Below, one piece after another: positions 42,526-52,575 of a stretch of 64,000 nucleotides of DNA. The position numbers and the translations under genes were made by a program. Under the pieces are notes generated by a model, which worked only from the letters and a program-made list of their open reading frames with translations, was not told the origin of the DNA and searched no databases. Each line of letters starts with the position of its first letter. Position 1 is the stretch's first letter. Source of the DNA: an uncultured delta proteobacterium (GTDB taxonomy: Bacteria; Myxococcota; Myxococcia; Myxococcales; Anaeromyxobacteraceae); contig CAWJSR010000045.1 in NCBI GenBank assembly GCA_963845515.1, positions 96,001 to 160,000 on the forward strand. The letters run 5' to 3'.

Positions 42526-43627
42526 AGGTCGGCATCTTCACCCCGTACGACCTCTCCCACGAGGGCGGCGTCAACCGGCACGCCCGGGCGCTCGCCCGCG
42601 CGCTGGAGCGGTGCGGTCACTCGGCCCGCGTCATCGGCCCGGCGAGTGGAGCCGTCCCCGAGGGGTGCGAGGGGATCCGCGGTGTCGTCCCGATCCGCGC
42701 GAACGGCTCGGTGGCCCGCATCGGCCTCTTCGCCTCCAGCGGTGCGGTGGCGCGGATCCTGGAGCGCGAGCGGTTCGACCTCCTCCACGTCCACGAGCCG
42801 CTCGTCCCCGGGCCGGCGCGGATCGCGCTGCGGCTCGCCAGTGTCCCGGTGGTCGCGACCTTCCACGCGAACAGCGAGCGGGAGCTGCCGCTCCAGGCGC
42901 TGGCGCGCCGGATCGGGGCGGTCGGGCTCTCCCGGATCGCCCACGGCATCGCGGTCTCGCGCCAGGCGAAGCGCTTCTCGCGGGTCATCTACCGGGGCCG
43001 GACGGCCGTGATCCCGAACGGCGTCGACCTCGCCCACTACGCCGCGGCGATCCGGCCGGTCGACCCGCGTCGCCGGCGAAGGGCGCCCTGAAGATCCTCT
43101 TCGTCGGGCGGTTCGGCGAGCCGCGGAAGGGGCTGCCGGTCCTGCTCGACGCCGCGTCGCGCCTCGTCGCCTCGGGGCGGCAGGTGGAGCTCTCCATCGC
43201 CGGCGACGGCCCTCGCGAGAGGTTCGAGGCGGCCGCCCGCCGCGCCAACGCCCGCTTCCTGTGGCGCGTCGACGACCGCGAGATCCTGGACGCGCTCGCC
43301 GGGTGCGACGTCTTCTGCGCGCCGTCGCTCCACGGCGAGAGCTTCGGGATGGTGGTGGTCGAGGCGATGGCGGCCGGCTGCCCGGTGGTCGCGAGCGACA
43401 TCCCCGGCTACGCCGAGGCGGCGCGCGGCGCGGCCGTCCTCGTGCCGCCAGGCAGGCCCGCGGAGCTGGCCGAGGCGCTCTGGCGCGTGGGGCAGGACGG
43501 GCCGCTCAGGGCGCGGCTCGCCGAGGGTGGCCTCGCGCGCGTTCAGGTGCTCGACTGGTCCCGCGTGGCGGAGCAGGTCCTGCGCATCTACCGGCGCGCC
43601 GGCGCCCCACCGGAGGGAGCTCGGTGA
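42522..43627 (+). CDS. GT4 glycosyltransferase, PimA-like (frameshift near 43070)
   Basis: TPYDLSHEGGV, NGSVARI, LHVHEP, ATFH, IPNGVD, LFVGRFGEPRKG, GESFGMVVVEAMAAG. Confidence 0.85.
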
Positions 43628-44334
43628 CCGAGACGAAGCACTTCCCCAGCCACCCGCTGACGCAGTGGCTGCTCCTCACGCCGCTGCGCCCGTTCTTCCG
43701 GGTCTGGTTCCGCCCGCGCGTCAGCGGGCTGGAGCTCGTGCCGAAGGACAGGCCGGTCGTGTTCGTCGCGAAGCACCCGAGGAGCTTCCTGTACTTCGAG
43801 ACCATCCTGCTCGGCTTCATCGTCTACTGGGTGAAGCGCGACCGGCCCCTCATCCGGCCCATGGAGCAGCGGAACACGTCGATCCACCGCGCACCGATCC
43901 TCGGCTGGATCCGGCGCAACGTGAACTCGGTGGAGGCGACCGAGGAGGCTGGCCTCGCCACGCTCGCGGCCGGCGAGTCGGTCCTCATCTACCCCGGCGG
44001 TGGGCGAGACCTGTACGGGCCGCCCGACCGGCTCGACTGGAACGGCCGCCGAGGCTTCGCGCGGCTCGCCGCCAGGGCGCGCGCGCTCGTCGTGCCGGTG
44101 GCCATGGTCGGGGCCGATCGTCAGCATCCGTGGCGCATCCCGCTCGGAGGGAGGCGGAGCCTCTGGTTCCCGCCCTTCCCGCTCCCGGTCCGGATCGACT
44201 ACGCGTTCGGCGCGCCGCTGGAGCCGCCACCGCCCGACGATGCCGACGCCGTCGCGGACTTTGCCGAGAGGGTCGCCGAGACGACGCAGGCGCTCATCGA
44301 CCGGACCGCCGGCGAGCGGGGGAGGAACGGATGA
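43624..44334 (+). CDS. PlsC/LPLAT-family acyltransferase
   Basis: GLELVP..PVVFVAKH, VLIYPGG, GFARLA..VVPVA.VG. Confidence 0.8.
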   Translation: MTETKHFPSHPLTQWLLLTPLRPFFRVWFRPRVSGLELVPKDRPVVFVAKHPRSFLYFETILLGFIVYWVKRDRPLIRPMEQRNTSIHRAPILGWIRRNVNSVEATEEAGLATLAAGESVLIYPGGGRDLYGPPDRLDWNGRRGFARLAARARALVVPVAMVGADRQHPWRIPLGGRRSLWFPPFPLPVRIDYAFGAPLEPPPPDDADAVADFAERVAETTQALIDRTAGERGRNG

Positions 44335-45047
44335 GCGCGCGGCTGCCGGAGCTCGACCTGATGCACCCCGGCTACAGGGTCCTCGCGGTCCTGGCCGAGG
44401 CCTCCACCCGCTACCATCGGACCCGCCTTCGCGGCACGCCGCCCGCGGGGCCGTGCATCTACGTCGCGCTCCACGGCGCGGGCTACTTCGTCTTCGACCT
44501 GTGCATCGCTGGCTACTGCGTCGCCTGGCGGGAGTTCCTCCAGCGCAGGGGCCCGCGCATACCGCTCCGGATCGTGGCCGCGGAGAGCAGGATCGAGAAG
44601 GCGCTCCCCGGCCTGCCGCGCGTCAAGATCGCCTTCGGCCTGATCGATCGCAGCGAGGAGAGCTGCCTCGAGGCGCTGCGTGCCGGCGAGCAGCTGCTCG
44701 TCACGCCCGGCGGCTCGCGCGAGGCGCAGCCGTCGCGCGACTTCTACCGGCTCCGCTGGGATGGGCGGTACGGCTTCGTCAGGCTGGCGCTCCAGACGGG
44801 CGCGCCGATCGTCCCGCTGGCGGTGGTAGGCGGGGCGGAGGCCTACCCGGGCTTCCGCTTCGGGAAGCTCAGCTTCTGGTCGCCAGTCCCGCTCCCCGCC
44901 CGCTTCGACGTCGCCCTGGGCGAGCCGATCCTGGTGGAGAAGGCCCCGGAGAAGGCGCGCGACGTCTCGGTGCTGAGGCCGATCCAGGAGCTCGCCTGGA
45001 GCCGCACGCAGGCGCTCATCGACCAGCTCCGGTCGGAGCGGCGCTGA
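44331..45047 (+). CDS. Second PlsC/LPLAT-family acyltransferase
   Basis: PCIYVALH..FD, LVTPGGSREA, GFVRLALQTGAPIVP. Confidence 0.82.
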   Translation: MSARLPELDLMHPGYRVLAVLAEASTRYHRTRLRGTPPAGPCIYVALHGAGYFVFDLCIAGYCVAWREFLQRRGPRIPLRIVAAESRIEKALPGLPRVKIAFGLIDRSEESCLEALRAGEQLLVTPGGSREAQPSRDFYRLRWDGRYGFVRLALQTGAPIVPLAVVGGAEAYPGFRFGKLSFWSPVPLPARFDVALGEPILVEKAPEKARDVSVLRPIQELAWSRTQALIDQLRSERR

Positions 45048-45137
45048 CGACCCGCGTTCGCGGGACTTGCCGAGCGCTCACGGATCGGATCTTCTCGTCA
45101 CGGGCGAGGTGCGACCTCGCCACCCTGGGGGGGTAAC

Positions 45138-45989
45138 GTGATTCGATCCAAGCAGGCAGCTCTCTCCGTGGCCATCGCCGCTGGACTCTCCGCGGCCTGC
45201 GCCCACGCCGCTCGGCCGGCCGTACTCCAGGTCGAGGGAGCGCACGAGTCGGTGGTCCGTGCGGCCGCCGCCTACGCGGCGCTGGAGAAGCAGGAGGTGG
45301 AGAAGCTCTCGCGACTCCTCGACGGCCTGATCGCCGACCCCGTCGTCGTCGCCGCGTACACGGCGCGGGACCGCGAGAGGCTGCTCGCCAAGACCCGCGG
45401 CAGGTTCGAGAAGCTGAAGGCCACGCAGGGGATCACCCACTGGTACTTCCTCGACCAGGCGCCTGCGCGCACCTGCTTCCTGCGCGTCCACGCCCCCACG
45501 CTCTTCGGCGACGTCGTGGGGCGGGAGACCTTCTCGCGGGCGATCGCGTCGAAGGAGATCGGCTTCGGCAAGGAGCTGGGGAAGACCGCCTTCGCGCTCC
45601 GCGTCGTGAAGCCGATCCGCGTCAAGGGCGCGATCGTCGGCTACATGGAGCTGGGTGAGGAGATCGGCGACTTCCTGGTCGAGATGAAGAAGAGGACGGG
45701 GGACGACTTCGGGCTCCTCGTGGACAAGAAGCGGATCGACCGCAAGGAGCTGGCGAAGGTTCGCGGTGAGGACCACTGGGACGAGCTGGCGTACGTGGCG
45801 CTCGTCGACAGCACCGTCTGGAACGATCGGCTGGTCGACATCCCCGTTCCCCCGGAGCAGATCCCGGACGCGGGCATCCGCACCGGGGAGTGGACCGATG
45901 GTACCCGGAAGTTCCTGGGCGGCGCTTTTCCGGTGCGCGACGCCGGCGACAAGGTCGTCGGCGCCCTCTACGTTCGCCACCCGCTGTAG
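45138..45989 (+). CDS. Stand-alone double-Cache (dCache_3-like) exported protein
   Basis: Signal ending LSAAC; ITHWYF..CFLRVH.P..FGD..R..GKELGKTAFALRVVKP..GYMELGEEI. Confidence 0.7.
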   Translation: MIRSKQAALSVAIAAGLSAACAHAARPAVLQVEGAHESVVRAAAAYAALEKQEVEKLSRLLDGLIADPVVVAAYTARDRERLLAKTRGRFEKLKATQGITHWYFLDQAPARTCFLRVHAPTLFGDVVGRETFSRAIASKEIGFGKELGKTAFALRVVKPIRVKGAIVGYMELGEEIGDFLVEMKKRTGDDFGLLVDKKRIDRKELAKVRGEDHWDELAYVALVDSTVWNDRLVDIPVPPEQIPDAGIRTGEWTDGTRKFLGGAFPVRDAGDKVVGALYVRHPL

Positions 45990-46058
45990 CGGCGCGGGGG
46001 GCGGGGCGGCGGTCGAGCGCTTGCTCCGGGCCGGCGGGCCCGCCATCCTCGCGCCCCG

Positions 46059-46712
46059 ATGACCGACCTCTGGATAGCGAGCGACTGGCACCTCGGCCCG
46101 GACGGCCCACCGGACCACGCCCGGCTGGCGCTCGCGTTCCTCGAGCGGGCCCGGGCGGCCGGCGTCGAGGTGATCCTGAACGGCGACGTCTTCGACGACC
46201 TCTTCGCCGGTCCCGGGCGGGCGCAGGCGTCGCACCCCGGAGTCGCCGCGGTCATCTCCATGATGCAGGACGCGGGCCGGCTGCGGCGCACGTGCGGCAA
46301 CCACGATCCAGGCGCCGGCCCCGAGCGGATCGTCCTGGATCGGCCGGGCGTCGGGCGCATCCTCGTTTCGCATGGCCACGCGCTCGATCCGATCAACGCC
46401 TCTCCGGTCGGCCGGCTGGGCGATGCCATCTCGCGTCACTTCGGGCGGACCCCGCTGGTGCGCGGGGCCGCAAGGCTCGCCGAGGTGGTGGCGCGCTCGC
46501 TGGCCGAGGACCAGATGATCGCGGTCTTCCGCGCACGCTGCCTCCGCGCCGTCGCCGCGGGCGGCTTCGGCCTCGGCGTGTTCGGTCACGTCCACCGCGC
46601 ACATCTCGTGGCGGGCGATCCGTACGTCAACGCCGGTTGCCTGGACGATGACGGCCTCGCCTACGTGGTCATGGATGGGCACGGCGCCCGGCTGGAGCGG
46701 CTCGCCCCCTGA
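46059..46712 (+). CDS. Calcineurin-like metallophosphoesterase (LpxH-like)
   Basis: SDWHLG, NGDVFD, GNHD, HGH, FGHVH. Confidence 0.85.
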   Translation: MTDLWIASDWHLGPDGPPDHARLALAFLERARAAGVEVILNGDVFDDLFAGPGRAQASHPGVAAVISMMQDAGRLRRTCGNHDPGAGPERIVLDRPGVGRILVSHGHALDPINASPVGRLGDAISRHFGRTPLVRGAARLAEVVARSLAEDQMIAVFRARCLRAVAAGGFGLGVFGHVHRAHLVAGDPYVNAGCLDDDGLAYVVMDGHGARLERLAP

Positions 46713-46806
46713 TCTCGCCCCCCATACGGGACGTGCCCTTGGAGGTATCGAGGCGCATATTCGGGGCTCCCGATCACGAACCCTTTCACCCCCAGGGGGA
46801 AGAACC

Positions 46807-47304
46807 ATGCCTACGACCAACGAGAATCTCTCGACCGCCTTCGCCGGCGAGAGCCAGGCCAACCGCAAGTACCTCGCCTTCGCGAGGCAGGCGGAGAAGG
46901 AGGGGTTGCCGCAGATCGCCAAGCTCTTCCGCGCCGCTGCCGACGCCGAGACGATCCACGCGCACTACCACCTCGGGAACATGGGCGGGGTGGGGAACAC
47001 GCTGAAGAACCTGGAGGAGGCGGTCGGCGGCGAGACCTACGAGTTCACGTCGATGTACCCCCCGATGCTGGCGCAGGCGCAGGCGGAGAACCACAAGTCG
47101 AAGATCGCCTTCAACTACGCGCTGGAGGCCGAGAAGGTCCACGCCAGGCTCTTCACGCAGGCGCTGGAGGCGATGAAGGCCGGGCAGGACCTCTCGAAGA
47201 TGGACGTCTACCTCTGCCCGGTCTGCGGCGACGTCGAGTTCGGCGAGGCGCCGGACAAGTGCCCGATCTGCGGCGCGCCGAAGGCCAGGTTCGAGAAGAT
47301 CTGA
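46807..47304 (+). CDS. Rubrerythrin
   Basis: AFAGESQANRKYLAFA, ETIHA, EKVHA, CPVCG..CPICGA. Confidence 0.93.
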   Translation: MPTTNENLSTAFAGESQANRKYLAFARQAEKEGLPQIAKLFRAAADAETIHAHYHLGNMGGVGNTLKNLEEAVGGETYEFTSMYPPMLAQAQAENHKSKIAFNYALEAEKVHARLFTQALEAMKAGQDLSKMDVYLCPVCGDVEFGEAPDKCPICGAPKARFEKI

Positions 47305-47326
47305 AATTCGGCTACAAGCTCGGAGC

Positions 47327-49813
47327 ATGAGCCTCTCCGAGAAGTGGGTTCGGTTCTCAGATCGGTGGCGCCTGGCGGTCCTCCTGACGACGGGCGCCAT
47401 CGCGGCCCTGGGGCTCTGGGGGACCGTCCGGCTCTACTCCGACCTGCGGCCGGACATCGCCGAGCTGCTCCCTGCGCGCAGCCGCAGCGCGCTCGACCTC
47501 GACGAGGTCACACGCCGCGTGGGCGGCTTCGCGGAGGCGACGATCGTCCTCCACGGCGCCGACAAGGGGACGCTGGCGCTCTTCGCGGACGACCTGGCGG
47601 AGAAGCTCGCCGACGCTCCGCCCGACCTCGTCCGCTGGGTCGAGTATCGCGTCGACGGCCTGCGCGACTTCTACCAGCGGCGCGTCCTGCTCTTCCTCGC
47701 CCCCGAGGAGCTCGTCGCGCTGCGCGACACCCTGACGGCCAGGTTCGCGTGGGAGCGGGACGCGGCGAAGGGGCGCGCGCGGGGGCCAGCCCCCGAAGTC
47801 GAGGCGCTGATCGAGACGCTCTCCGCCCGCGCGAAGGGGGCCGGCGGCGGAGCGCTCGAGCGCTTCCCCGACGGCTACTACGTCGGCGAGGTCCCCGGGC
47901 GGAGGCCCGGAGAGACGATGACCGCGCTGGCGCTGCTCGTCCGCGTGGCCGGGGCGCAGGACGACTACGCGAAGGTGCTCCGGCTCGACCGCTACCTCAA
48001 GGAGACCGTCGCGGGGCTCGACCCGAAGGGCGCAGGGGTGGAGGTCGCCTGGGGCGGCTTCGTCGCCTCCAACATCATGGAGCACGACGCGCTGGCGGAG
48101 GACCTCGTCCTCGCGACGCTCCTCGTCATCCTCGCCGTCGCGGCCTCGGTCTGGATCTACAACCGGACCTGGCGTTCGCTGTTCGGCGTGGGCATCCCGC
48201 TGTTCGCCGGCGCCTTCGCGACGTTCGGCGTGGCCGAGCTCCTGGTCGGTCACCTCAACTCCAACACCGCCTTCCTGGGATCGATCGTCGTCGGCAACGG
48301 CATCAACGTCGGGCTCATCCTCTTTGCCCGCTACCTGGAGGAGCGTCGCCACGGCCGCGCGCCGCAGGAGGCGATGGTCGTGGCGGTCTCCTCCACCTGG
48401 CTCGCGACCCTCACCGCCGCGCTCGCCGCGGCGGTCGCCTACGGCTCGCTCCTCTCGACGGACTTCCGGGGCTTCAACCAGTTCGGCCTGATCGGCTTCG
48501 TCGGGCTCTCCTTCTCCTGGATCTTCTCCTACGCCGTGACTCCGGCGCTCGCGCTCGCCTGGGAGCGGCGCGGCCCGTTCGTTGCGCCGGGCGAGCCGCC
48601 GGCGCGCCCCATCTTCACCCGCGCCCTGGCTGGCATCGTGGAGAGGGCGCCCCGCGCGATCGTCGCCATTGCGGCGCTGCTGACGGTCGCCTCGATCGCG
48701 TCGATCGTCCTGCTCGGCCGCGATCCGATCGAGTACGACTTCCGGAAGCTGCGCGACCTCGGCGCGCTGGAGGAGGGCGGGCCGGGCTGGTGGGACCAGC
48801 GCGTCGACGCGATCTTCGGCGATCACCTGACGCCGACGGTCCTCCTCGCGAGGGACGAGGCCGAGGCGGCCGAGATCGCCCGGCGCATCGAGGCACACCG
48901 CGCCGCCAACCCCGGGTCGACGCTCGGCCAGGTCCTCTCGGTCGGGGCGCTCGTGCCCGACAGGCAGGCGGAGAAGCTGCCGATCCTCCGGGAGATCCGT
49001 GCGCTCGCGACCTCGGAGAGCCTCGGGTTCCTCCCGCCGGACCGGCGGATGATGGTCGAGGCGATCCTCCCGCCGCGGGACCTGGAGCCGTTCGGAGCGC
49101 GCGACCTCCCGCTGGAGCTGCGGCGGCAGCTCACCGAGGTGGACGGACGGGTGGGCACGCCGGTGCTCGTGTACGCCGCCGGCGCGATGGACGTCTGGAA
49201 CGGGCGGGACGTCCTACGGTTCGCCGAAGAGCTGCGCTCCATCGAGCTGCCGCGGGAGGAGATCCCGATGGCGAGCGGGATGCTGGTCTTCGCCGACGTC
49301 ATCCACGCCATCCGGACCGACGGTCCGCGCGCCACCTGGCTCGCCTTCGTCGGCGTGGTGGCGCTGCTCCTCGCGGCGTTCGCCGCCGGGAAGCGGAGCG
49401 CACGCTCGCTCGGCGACGCAGGCTGGGTGGTCCTGGCGCTCGTCGCGGGGGTGACCTGGTTCCTCGGGCTCGCCTTCGCGCTGAAGCTGCGGCTGAACAT
49501 GCTCAACTTCATCGCGCTCCCGATCACCTTCGGCATCGGCGTCGACTACGCGACCAACTTCATCCAGCGCCGGCGCGTCGACCACGCCCGGTCGATCGCC
49601 GACGTCGTCCGGACCACCGGCGGCGCCATCGCGCTCTGTTCGCTGACCACGATCCTGGGGTACTCGTCGCTGCTCGTGGCCCGGAACCAGGCGCTCATCT
49701 CGTTCGGGCTCCTCGCCGACCTCGGGGAGCTGACCTGCCTGGCGGCCGCGCTCCTGGCGCTCCCGGCGCTGCTGCGCTGGCGGGAGCTCGCCGTCGAGCG
49801 CCGGCTCCGCTGA
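47327..49813 (+). CDS. MMPL/RND-family transporter
   Basis: Two repeats of TM-periplasmic-TM bundle; GNGIN and GIGVDY motifs. Confidence 0.88.
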   Translation: MSLSEKWVRFSDRWRLAVLLTTGAIAALGLWGTVRLYSDLRPDIAELLPARSRSALDLDEVTRRVGGFAEATIVLHGADKGTLALFADDLAEKLADAPPDLVRWVEYRVDGLRDFYQRRVLLFLAPEELVALRDTLTARFAWERDAAKGRARGPAPEVEALIETLSARAKGAGGGALERFPDGYYVGEVPGRRPGETMTALALLVRVAGAQDDYAKVLRLDRYLKETVAGLDPKGAGVEVAWGGFVASNIMEHDALAEDLVLATLLVILAVAASVWIYNRTWRSLFGVGIPLFAGAFATFGVAELLVGHLNSNTAFLGSIVVGNGINVGLILFARYLEERRHGRAPQEAMVVAVSSTWLATLTAALAAAVAYGSLLSTDFRGFNQFGLIGFVGLSFSWIFSYAVTPALALAWERRGPFVAPGEPPARPIFTRALAGIVERAPRAIVAIAALLTVASIASIVLLGRDPIEYDFRKLRDLGALEEGGPGWWDQRVDAIFGDHLTPTVLLARDEAEAAEIARRIEAHRAANPGSTLGQVLSVGALVPDRQAEKLPILREIRALATSESLGFLPPDRRMMVEAILPPRDLEPFGARDLPLELRRQLTEVDGRVGTPVLVYAAGAMDVWNGRDVLRFAEELRSIELPREEIPMASGMLVFADVIHAIRTDGPRATWLAFVGVVALLLAAFAAGKRSARSLGDAGWVVLALVAGVTWFLGLAFALKLRLNMLNFIALPITFGIGVDYATNFIQRRRVDHARSIADVVRTTGGAIALCSLTTILGYSSLLVARNQALISFGLLADLGELTCLAAALLALPALLRWRELAVERRLR

Positions 49814-50229
49814 CCTCGCCAGCGCCCCGCGGGGAGCGCGCCAAATCCCGCACCTCTGCGTGCTTTGACTGACTCCGCACGGGGAATTGGCGCGAAATGC
49901 GCGAGACCACAGCTTGAGGGGTCGGCCCCGTCGTTGCACGGTGCCCGCTGTGCGAGGCTCGCATGTGGCATCTGGAGAGGCTGTACCGCGCCGTGGCCGT
50001 GACCTGCTCGGGGTTGGCCCTGCTCGCGCCGTTGGCGCGGTGGGCGCTCCGCGCCCTCCACTCCGAGGCTATACCCCCTGTTCGGAGCCGCGCGCGGGCA
50101 CGCCCGCTGGCGCGCCCGCGGCGCGCTTCTCCCGGGCTGCGGAGGGTCGGGCCCCGCCTGAGTCGTCGCGTGATGCGGCGGAGCGGCCGGCGTCACGGCG
50201 CGCTCCGGCCCCGCGGTTGGTGACCGCCA

Positions 50230-50706
50230 TCAGACCGACAGGTGGACGGTCCCCTCCTCCTCGGCGAGGATCCGCGCGGCCGCGAGATCCTCCAGAGAGG
50301 GGAGGACGCCAAGCTGGTGCAGCAACCCGAGGCAGTCGTAGAGCGTCCACTGCTCGGCCAGCCGGCTGTCGTGGAACCTCATCTCGCTGATGCCGTCGAA
50401 GGACACCCGCTTGCCGGTCGGGGCGAAGCCGAGGAACGGCCCCTGGTGCGTACCCGTCATGCGCCAGCGACAGACTACGCGGCTCCCCTCGGTCACGATG
50501 TCGTTCACCGAGCAGCGCAGGTCCGGGAAGCCGGCGCGGAAGGACTCCGCGATCTGCCTGGCGTCGTCGAGCGATACGCTCCTGGTGCGCACGGGGTCGT
50601 GGCCCACGTACGAGAGCTCCGAGACCTCCTGAAGGAAGTCCGTGCGACCGCGATCGAAGAGCTGCTCTACGCACTCTCTCGCGAGCGTCTTGATGTCCAT
50701 GGCCAT
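50230..50706 (-). CDS. SnoaL-like ester cyclase
   Basis: FPDL..V..EG.RV..RW..TGTHQGPFLGFAPTGKRV. Confidence 0.9.
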   Translation of the reverse strand: MAMDIKTLARECVEQLFDRGRTDFLQEVSELSYVGHDPVRTRSVSLDDARQIAESFRAGFPDLRCSVNDIVTEGSRVVCRWRMTGTHQGPFLGFAPTGKRVSFDGISEMRFHDSRLAEQWTLYDCLGLLHQLGVLPSLEDLAAARILAEEEGTVHLSV

Positions 50707-50864
50707 GGATGCCTCCTGAGGCCCGCGCGCACGATGCGGTGCCCGGCGCCTTGACCTGTAGCGGGCCCGGACAGTCGATGCTCGCCCCGAGCGCCGGGGG
50801 CGCCTCCCTTTCGGAGCGCGCCCCGACGATGGGGGAGCGGCTGCTTGGGCTAGTATGAGCGGGC

Positions 50865-51566
50865 ATGGCTCCCGCCCTGACGCACCCGAAGGTCGAGCCC
50901 ACCCGCACCGTCCACTGTGCGGATGGCGTCGCCTGGCTCCGGGAGCACGATCTCGCCGCGGATCACGCGGTCGTCACCTCGCTGCCCGACCACTCGGAGC
51001 TGCCGCAGCTGGGCATCGACGGCTGGCGACGCTGGTTCACCGTCGCCGCGACCGCTGCGTGCCGCGCGGTGGCCGACGACTCGGTCGCGATCTTCTACCA
51101 GACCGACGTCAAGCTCGACGGACGCTGGATCGACAAGGGCTTCCTCGTCCAGCTCGGCGCCGAGGTCGCGAAGAGTCACCTGCTCTGGCACAAGGTGGTC
51201 TGCCGCGTCGCGCCCGGCTCCACCACGTTCGGCAGGCCCGCCTATGCGCACCTGCTCTGCTTCAGCCGCGGGCTGCGCCTGGAGACCGGCCAGTCGCTGC
51301 CCGACGTCATCCCGCGGCCGGGCGCCATGACGTGGGCCCGCGCGATGCCCACCGAGGCCTGCGGGGCGGTCGCCCGGTTCCTCCTCGCCCACACCGGCTG
51401 CAGGACGGTCGTCGACCCGTTCTGCGGGATGGGGACCATGCTCGCGGTGGCCAACGCGCACGGGCTCGACGCGATCGGCGTCGAGCTGTCGCGCAAGCGC
51501 GCGGAGAACGCACAGAGCCTGGTGCTCGGGGGCGAGCGCACGCTCGCCGTCTCCCGGAAGGCATAG
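50865..51566 (+). CDS. SAM-dependent methyltransferase (N4/N6 DNA MTase-like layout)
   Basis: VHCADG..VVTSLPD, then VVDPFCGMGT..AIGVELS. Confidence 0.75.
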   Translation: MAPALTHPKVEPTRTVHCADGVAWLREHDLAADHAVVTSLPDHSELPQLGIDGWRRWFTVAATAACRAVADDSVAIFYQTDVKLDGRWIDKGFLVQLGAEVAKSHLLWHKVVCRVAPGSTTFGRPAYAHLLCFSRGLRLETGQSLPDVIPRPGAMTWARAMPTEACGAVARFLLAHTGCRTVVDPFCGMGTMLAVANAHGLDAIGVELSRKRAENAQSLVLGGERTLAVSRKA

Positions 51567-51657
51567 CAGGCCGTTGAAGAACGGGCGCTGAGGGTCGACC
51601 GACCGCATTCTCCCTCTCCCCCACCGGGTACGACCATGCTGCCTCTCGCGTATACCT

Positions 51658-51686
51658 TTGACGCCATATGGCCAGGCGCTTATATT
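51658..51686 (+). promoter_or_regulatory. sigma70 promoter of the toxin-antitoxin operon
   Basis: TTGACG-17nt-TATATT with a GCCATATGGC palindrome in the spacer. Confidence 0.75.
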
Positions 51687-51741
51687 AGGTCCGTGGCCAG
51701 AACCCGGCGAGGGGGGAGCGGCCCTCGAAAGGGATCGCCGC

Positions 51742-52116
51742 ATGGCCACCAAGGTTCTCCACACCGACGAGTTTGAGACATGGTTAGTCAGCCTCACGGC
51801 CCGCGAACGAAAGGACGTCCTCCGCGTCGTAGACCTCCTCGAACTCCAGGGTCCCCGCCTCGGACGGCCGCACTCCGGCGCGCTCCTGGGCACCAAGCTT
51901 CCGCTCCGCGAGCTTCGGCCGAGGGCCGGCCACAGCCCCCTTCGCCCGATCTACGCCTTCGACCCCAACCGCGACGCCGTCCTCCTCATAGGAGGAGACA
52001 AGGGCGCCGACAAGAAGATGTACGCCCGCATCATCCCGATCGCCGAACGGCTTTGGGAAGGCCATCTCGACGACGTGAAGCACCAAGAGGAGAGCGCACC
52101 GAAGAAGAAGAAGTAG
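51742..52116 (+). CDS. RelE/HigB-like toxin
   Basis: TDEFETW, GPRLGRPH, LRELR, YAFDPNR.AVLLIGGDK. Confidence 0.88.
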   Translation: MATKVLHTDEFETWLVSLTARERKDVLRVVDLLELQGPRLGRPHSGALLGTKLPLRELRPRAGHSPLRPIYAFDPNRDAVLLIGGDKGADKKMYARIIPIAERLWEGHLDDVKHQEESAPKKKK

Positions 52117-52205
52117 AACGTGCCAATGCAACCGCCCCACCAACCACCACCTGGGGGCGGATTACGGAGGGCCCGTCGTAGCTCGCGGCGCGACGGCCGA
52201 TTACC

Positions 52206-52520
52206 ATGACGAAGGTCCGGACCAAGAATTGGGCAGACCTCAAGAAGAAGCACTTCACCCCAGCGGAAATCGCGGAGTCGCGGCGCTACGCCGAGAAGGA
52301 GGTTCTCCAGATGAACCTTCGCGAACTCCGCTGCCTCACGCGCACCACCCAGGTCCAGCTCGCCAAGGCTGCCAGGATGAAGCAGCCTGAGCTCTCTCGC
52401 ATCGAGAAGCGCCAAGACCACCTTCTATCGACGCTCCGTGCGTACGTAGAGGGCCTCGGTGGAGAGATTGAAGTTCTCGCCCGCTTCGACGGCAAGACCG
52501 TCAAGCTCGTCGGCGTCTAG
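52206..52520 (+). CDS. XRE-family HTH antitoxin (HigA-like)
   Basis: LRELR..TQVQLA..QPELSRIE..LSTLRAYVEGLGG. Confidence 0.88.
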   Translation: MTKVRTKNWADLKKKHFTPAEIAESRRYAEKEVLQMNLRELRCLTRTTQVQLAKAARMKQPELSRIEKRQDHLLSTLRAYVEGLGGEIEVLARFDGKTVKLVGV

Positions 52521-52540
52521 CCACGCCGCTACGCCACTCC

Positions 52541-52575
52541 GAACAGCCTCGCCTCCCGGCGGGGCTGTTCCATTT
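52541..52575 (+). terminator. Hairpin after the antitoxin
   Basis: GAACAGCCTCGCC-TCCC-GGCGGGGCTGTTC followed by CATTT. Confidence 0.5.

Noticed and set aside
49887..50223. Small ORF 49963-50223 with a possible sigma54 site at 49888-49902
   Set aside because: Arg-rich low-complexity product and a weak -12 element; not enough support
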